DNA of 64,000 nucleotides from Macrostomum lignano (Eukaryota): NCBI GenBank assembly GCA_002269645.1, contig NIVC01001608.1, positions 62,001 to 126,000 of the forward strand, read 5' to 3'. Shown piece by piece: positions 60,001 to 64,000 of this stretch (position 1 is its first letter; each line of letters starts with the position of its first letter). The notes under the pieces were generated by a model. It saw only the letters and a program-made list of their open reading frames with translations, ran no database searches and was not told where the DNA came from. The position numbers and the translations under genes were made by a program.

Positions 60001-62286
60001 AACAACCAATTCTCAGCCATAGCAACCAATTCTGCGCCATAACAACCAATTCTCAGTCATAGCAACCAATTATCAACCATAGCAACCAATTCTCAGCCAT
60101 AGCAACTAATTCTCAGCCATAGCAACTAATTCTCAGCCATAACAACCAATTATCAACCACAGCAACTGATTCTTAACCACAGCAACCAATTCTCAGCCAT
60201 AACAACCAATTATCAACCACAGCAACCGATTCTTAACCACAGCAACTAATTCTCAGCCATAGCAACCAATTCTCCGCCATAACAACCAATTCTCAGTCAT
60301 AGCAACCAATTATCAACCATAGCAACCAATTCTTAGCCATAGCAACTAATTCTCAGCCATAGCAACCAATTCTCAGCCATAGCAACCAATTCTCAGTCAT
60401 AGCAACCAATTATCAACCACAGCAACCGATTCTTAACCATAGCAACCAATTCTTAGCCATAGCAACCAATTCTCAGCGATAGCAACCAATTCTCCGCCAT
60501 AACAACCAATTCTCAGTCATAGCAACCAATTATCAACCATAGCAACCAATTCTCCGCCATGGCAACCAATTCTCAGTCATAGCAACCAATTATCAACCAC
60601 AGCAACTGATTCTTAACCACAGCAACCAATTCTCAGCCATAACAACCAATTATCAACCACAGCAACCGATTCTTAACCACAGCAACTAATTCTCAGCCAT
60701 AGCAACCAATTCTCCGCCATAACAACCAATTCTCAGTCATAGCAACCAATTATCAACCATAGCAACCAATTCTTAGCCATAGCAACTAATTCTCAGCCAT
60801 AGCAACCAATTCTCAGCCATAGCAACCAATTCTCAGTCATAGCAACCAATTATCAGCCATAGCAACTAATTCTCAGCCATAGCAACCAATTCTCCGCCAT
60901 AACAACCAATTCTCAGTCATAGCAACCAATTATCAACCATAGCAACCAATTCTTAGCCATAGCAACTAATTCTCAGCCATAGCAACCAATTCTCAGCCAT
61001 AGCAACCAATTCTCAGTCATAGCAACCAATTATAAACCACAGCAACCGATTCTTAACCATAGCAACCAATTCTCAGCCATAGCAACCAATTCTCAGCCAT
61101 AGCAACCAATTCTCAGCCAAAGTAACTAATTCTCAGCCATAGCAACCAATTCTCAGCCATAACAACCAATTCTCACCCATAGCAACAAGTGAATGCGTAA
61201 CCATAGAGACCAATGTTCGCCACGCAGGCCAGCCAATGCTACAAGCAGTGCTCAGGCCGTGGCTTCGCCTACTTCGGCCTGCAGTCGGGTGATCGCTGCA
61301 GCTGTGGCGCCGCTGTCGGTCGCTACCAAATGCGCCCGGACTCCGAATGCGCCGACGCCTGCGCTGGCGACGCCGGGCAGCGTTGCGGCGGTCGACTGCG
61401 CAACTCCGTGTTCGCTGTGGACCGGCCAGCAGCCTCGTCGGCCTCGACCAGCAGCTCGACTGCTCATCCTGACAACGTGTACAACTCGACTAAATTCGAA
61501 TACCGCGGTTGCTATGAGGATTTTGGTGACCTAGCAACGGACAGCAGCCGGCAGCCGTGGCTGACGCAGCGCAGCGACCGCATGACGGTGGAGGCCTGTC
61601 ATCATTTCTGCGCTGGCGGGCCGCGGCAGCAGCAGCCGTGGTTTCTGCTGCGCGCCGGCGCCGAGTGTCACTGCCGACGGCGGCTGCCGCACGGCGGCCA
61701 GCTGAAGCGGCTCAGCGACGCCGACTGTCGGCAGAGTTGCTCCGGAAACCAGCGGCAGGCCTGCGGTGGCGGCGGCAGCAGCGGCGGTGGCAAAGCCGCG
61801 GTGTCCATCTACGCCGCAGCCAGCCTGCGGCAGAGTGTCGTTTCACCTGGCGGCGGCGGGTTCGGACCCGACTGGAGCTTCCAGCTGAGCGCAGCCTCCT
61901 CCGCTGCTTCATCTCCAGCATCCTCAGCCTCATCATCGTCGGGCGGCTACTCTGAGCTTGGCTGCCCGGCGGCCGGAGGTGACGCCTTTCTGGAGACGAG
62001 CGCACTGCAGACGCCCGGCCTGACGCCCAACGACTGTCTGGAGTTCTGCCGGGCTGACGACACCACGACGAAGTACTTCCGGATCGGGCGCGGCGGCGGC
62101 GGCGGGCTGTTCGATGGATTCGGTGGAGATTTCGGTTTCGGTCGCGGTGGCAGCGGCGGTTTGAGCAGCAGCGACCCCGCCTGCTCCTGCCTGTTCACCA
62201 TGATGCCGGAGTCGCGAATCCGCTTCGGCTCCGGCCGCTCCGGCGACTGCAGCGGCTTCAAGTATTTTGCCATCGTAGGTCGCTAG
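57008..62286 (+). CDS. Secreted protein: signal peptide, unrecognised domain of about 400 aa, then 3 WSC domains (third degenerate). Exons 57008-57592, 58508-59143, 59700-59882, 61228-62286; about 820 aa
   Basis: Signal-like [25 protein letters not shown] signatures YKGCYED..C...C...[15 protein letters not shown]...CGG and [25 protein letters not shown]...CGG. All three introns are GT-AG, phase 0. Confidence 0.85.
57660..58470. repeat. 15-bp purine minisatellite (ggagagagggagaca)n in intron 1 of the WSC gene
   Basis: Direct inspection. Confidence 0.95.
59190..59570. repeat. 16-bp minisatellite (atctctgggatgggat)n
   Basis: Direct inspection. Confidence 0.9.
59925..61190. repeat. 20-bp minisatellite (agcaaccaattctcagccat)n in intron 3 of the WSC gene
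   Basis: Direct inspection. Confidence 0.95.
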
Positions 62287-62450
62287 CGCTGCCTCTACTG
62301 TTTCGACTATGGGCTTCTTATAATCAGTCACATCAGTGTGCGTGCAGCGATTCTGCAAATACACGATTTGTAACTCCGCTTGTTTGTTTTTTGTTAAACT
62401 GCTTTTGAATTTCAATTCGTCAATTGCAAATGCATTGAATTCTCTTTGTC

Positions 62451-63085
<635 letters not shown>

Positions 63086-63397
63086 GACAGACACAAACAT
63101 CTAGCATTTCTAACATTTAAGTAAGCTGTTCAAATGAGCGAGTCTTCCAGTTTTGCCACAATCCAAGTCATGCCCAGTGCTTTGTTGCCTTTCCTCTTTA
63201 GAATTTCCAGTCTGGCGCAGCAGTAAAAACGCGGACCAATTAAGTGCATGTACATGGATAGACGATGAATAAGTATTTTCATGTACTTGCACCCTGCTTG
63301 CTCAAAGTGACAGCTACAAATAAGACGGCACAAAAGTCTCGCCAGATTCTTATTTAAAAACTTGTAAGGGAGGGGGCGTGAAGTCTGTGACTCTGGT

Positions 63398-64000
63398 TTA
63401 CAGAGCGGTCATTGCTACGTCAGCTTGCTGCCCACTTCCGTCACGAGTTGTTGGTTCATGCCGTCGGTCATGCAGACGCTGAAGGCCAACCAGCTGCCTG
63501 GGTGGCCGCTCACTCGCAGCCAGCTGGCCGATGCAGGGTCCGCGGGGCCGGGCGGCGGCCCGGAACCCAACTCGAAACTGGCGATCTTTCCACAGCAGCA
63601 CCGCCCAGTTGATGGACTGGTTGATGAGGATCAGAATCTGGCCGATGTCGCTGATGTTGTACACTGAGCGAAGGCCCATAACGCCGGCATCGGCGTCGTC
63701 ACCAAAGACGGTCCGGCGCATGACGATGACGCCGACGGCGCACACGGGCAGGACGGAGATCTGGAAGATGGCGGAAAGCGCCACCACAACCAGAGTCGGC
63801 GCGAGTTCCTCCGCCGCTGCCAGTCTGCCGTGTCGTCTGCCACCGCTGCCGACGGAGCTGCCGCCAAAGAAGTTGCCCGAGGTGCGGTGAAGACGACAAA
63901 GCCGCACAAGAAGAAGACTGTTGCACACTGACACGGCCAGCATCTGGAGGCTGGGCGGCTGCAGCAGTAACACGGTCGAGAAGATGGTCCACAGACGCAC
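63398..64000 (-). CDS. 3' half (TM5-TM7 and C-tail) of a GPCR paralogue of 43051-44337; continues beyond the window
   Basis: [36 protein letters not shown] is identical to the nested copy. [13 protein letters not shown] and [17 protein letters not shown] are shared. The C-tail is different. Confidence 0.9.
   Translation of the reverse strand: MRLWTIFSTVLLLQPPSLQMLAVSVCNSLLLVRLCRLHRTSGNFFGGSSVGSGGRRHGRLAAAEELAPTLVVVALSAIFQISVLPVCAVGVIVMRRTVFGDDADAGVMGLRSVYNISDIGQILILINQSINWAVLLWKDRQFRVGFRAAARPRGPCIGQLAASERPPRQLVGLQRLHDRRHEPTTRDGSGQQADVAMTAL

Overview
Eukaryotic (animal) genomic DNA. GC-rich exons and introns packed with minisatellites and (TCTG)n suggest a free-living flatworm such as Macrostomum; this is an inference, not verified. 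The + strand carries a run of housekeeping genes: WDR75/UTP17 (2 exons), NPRL2 (4 exons, with a 5'-truncated RTE retrotransposon in intron 2), an orphan last exon of CISD3, COQ7 (2 exons, no in-frame ATG found) and THADA/TRM732 (29-exon model, about 33 kb). These are followed by tRNA-His(GTG) and a secreted protein with an unrecognised N-terminal domain plus 3 WSC domains. An intronless class A GPCR lies inside a THADA intron on the same strand, and a close paralogue runs off the right end on the - strand. There are also two MITE-like elements, three tRNA-derived SINEs (one with a MIR-like CORE) and more than 25 distinct tandem repeats. The best leads are a COQ7 start codon probably donated by a trans-spliced leader AUG within an operon-like cluster, the unknown-domain/WSC secreted protein, the nested and duplicated GPCR, and the headless CISD3 exon. 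Exon boundaries were worked out by hand from GT/AG sites and frame continuity; homology calls rest on remembered motifs, not on database searches.
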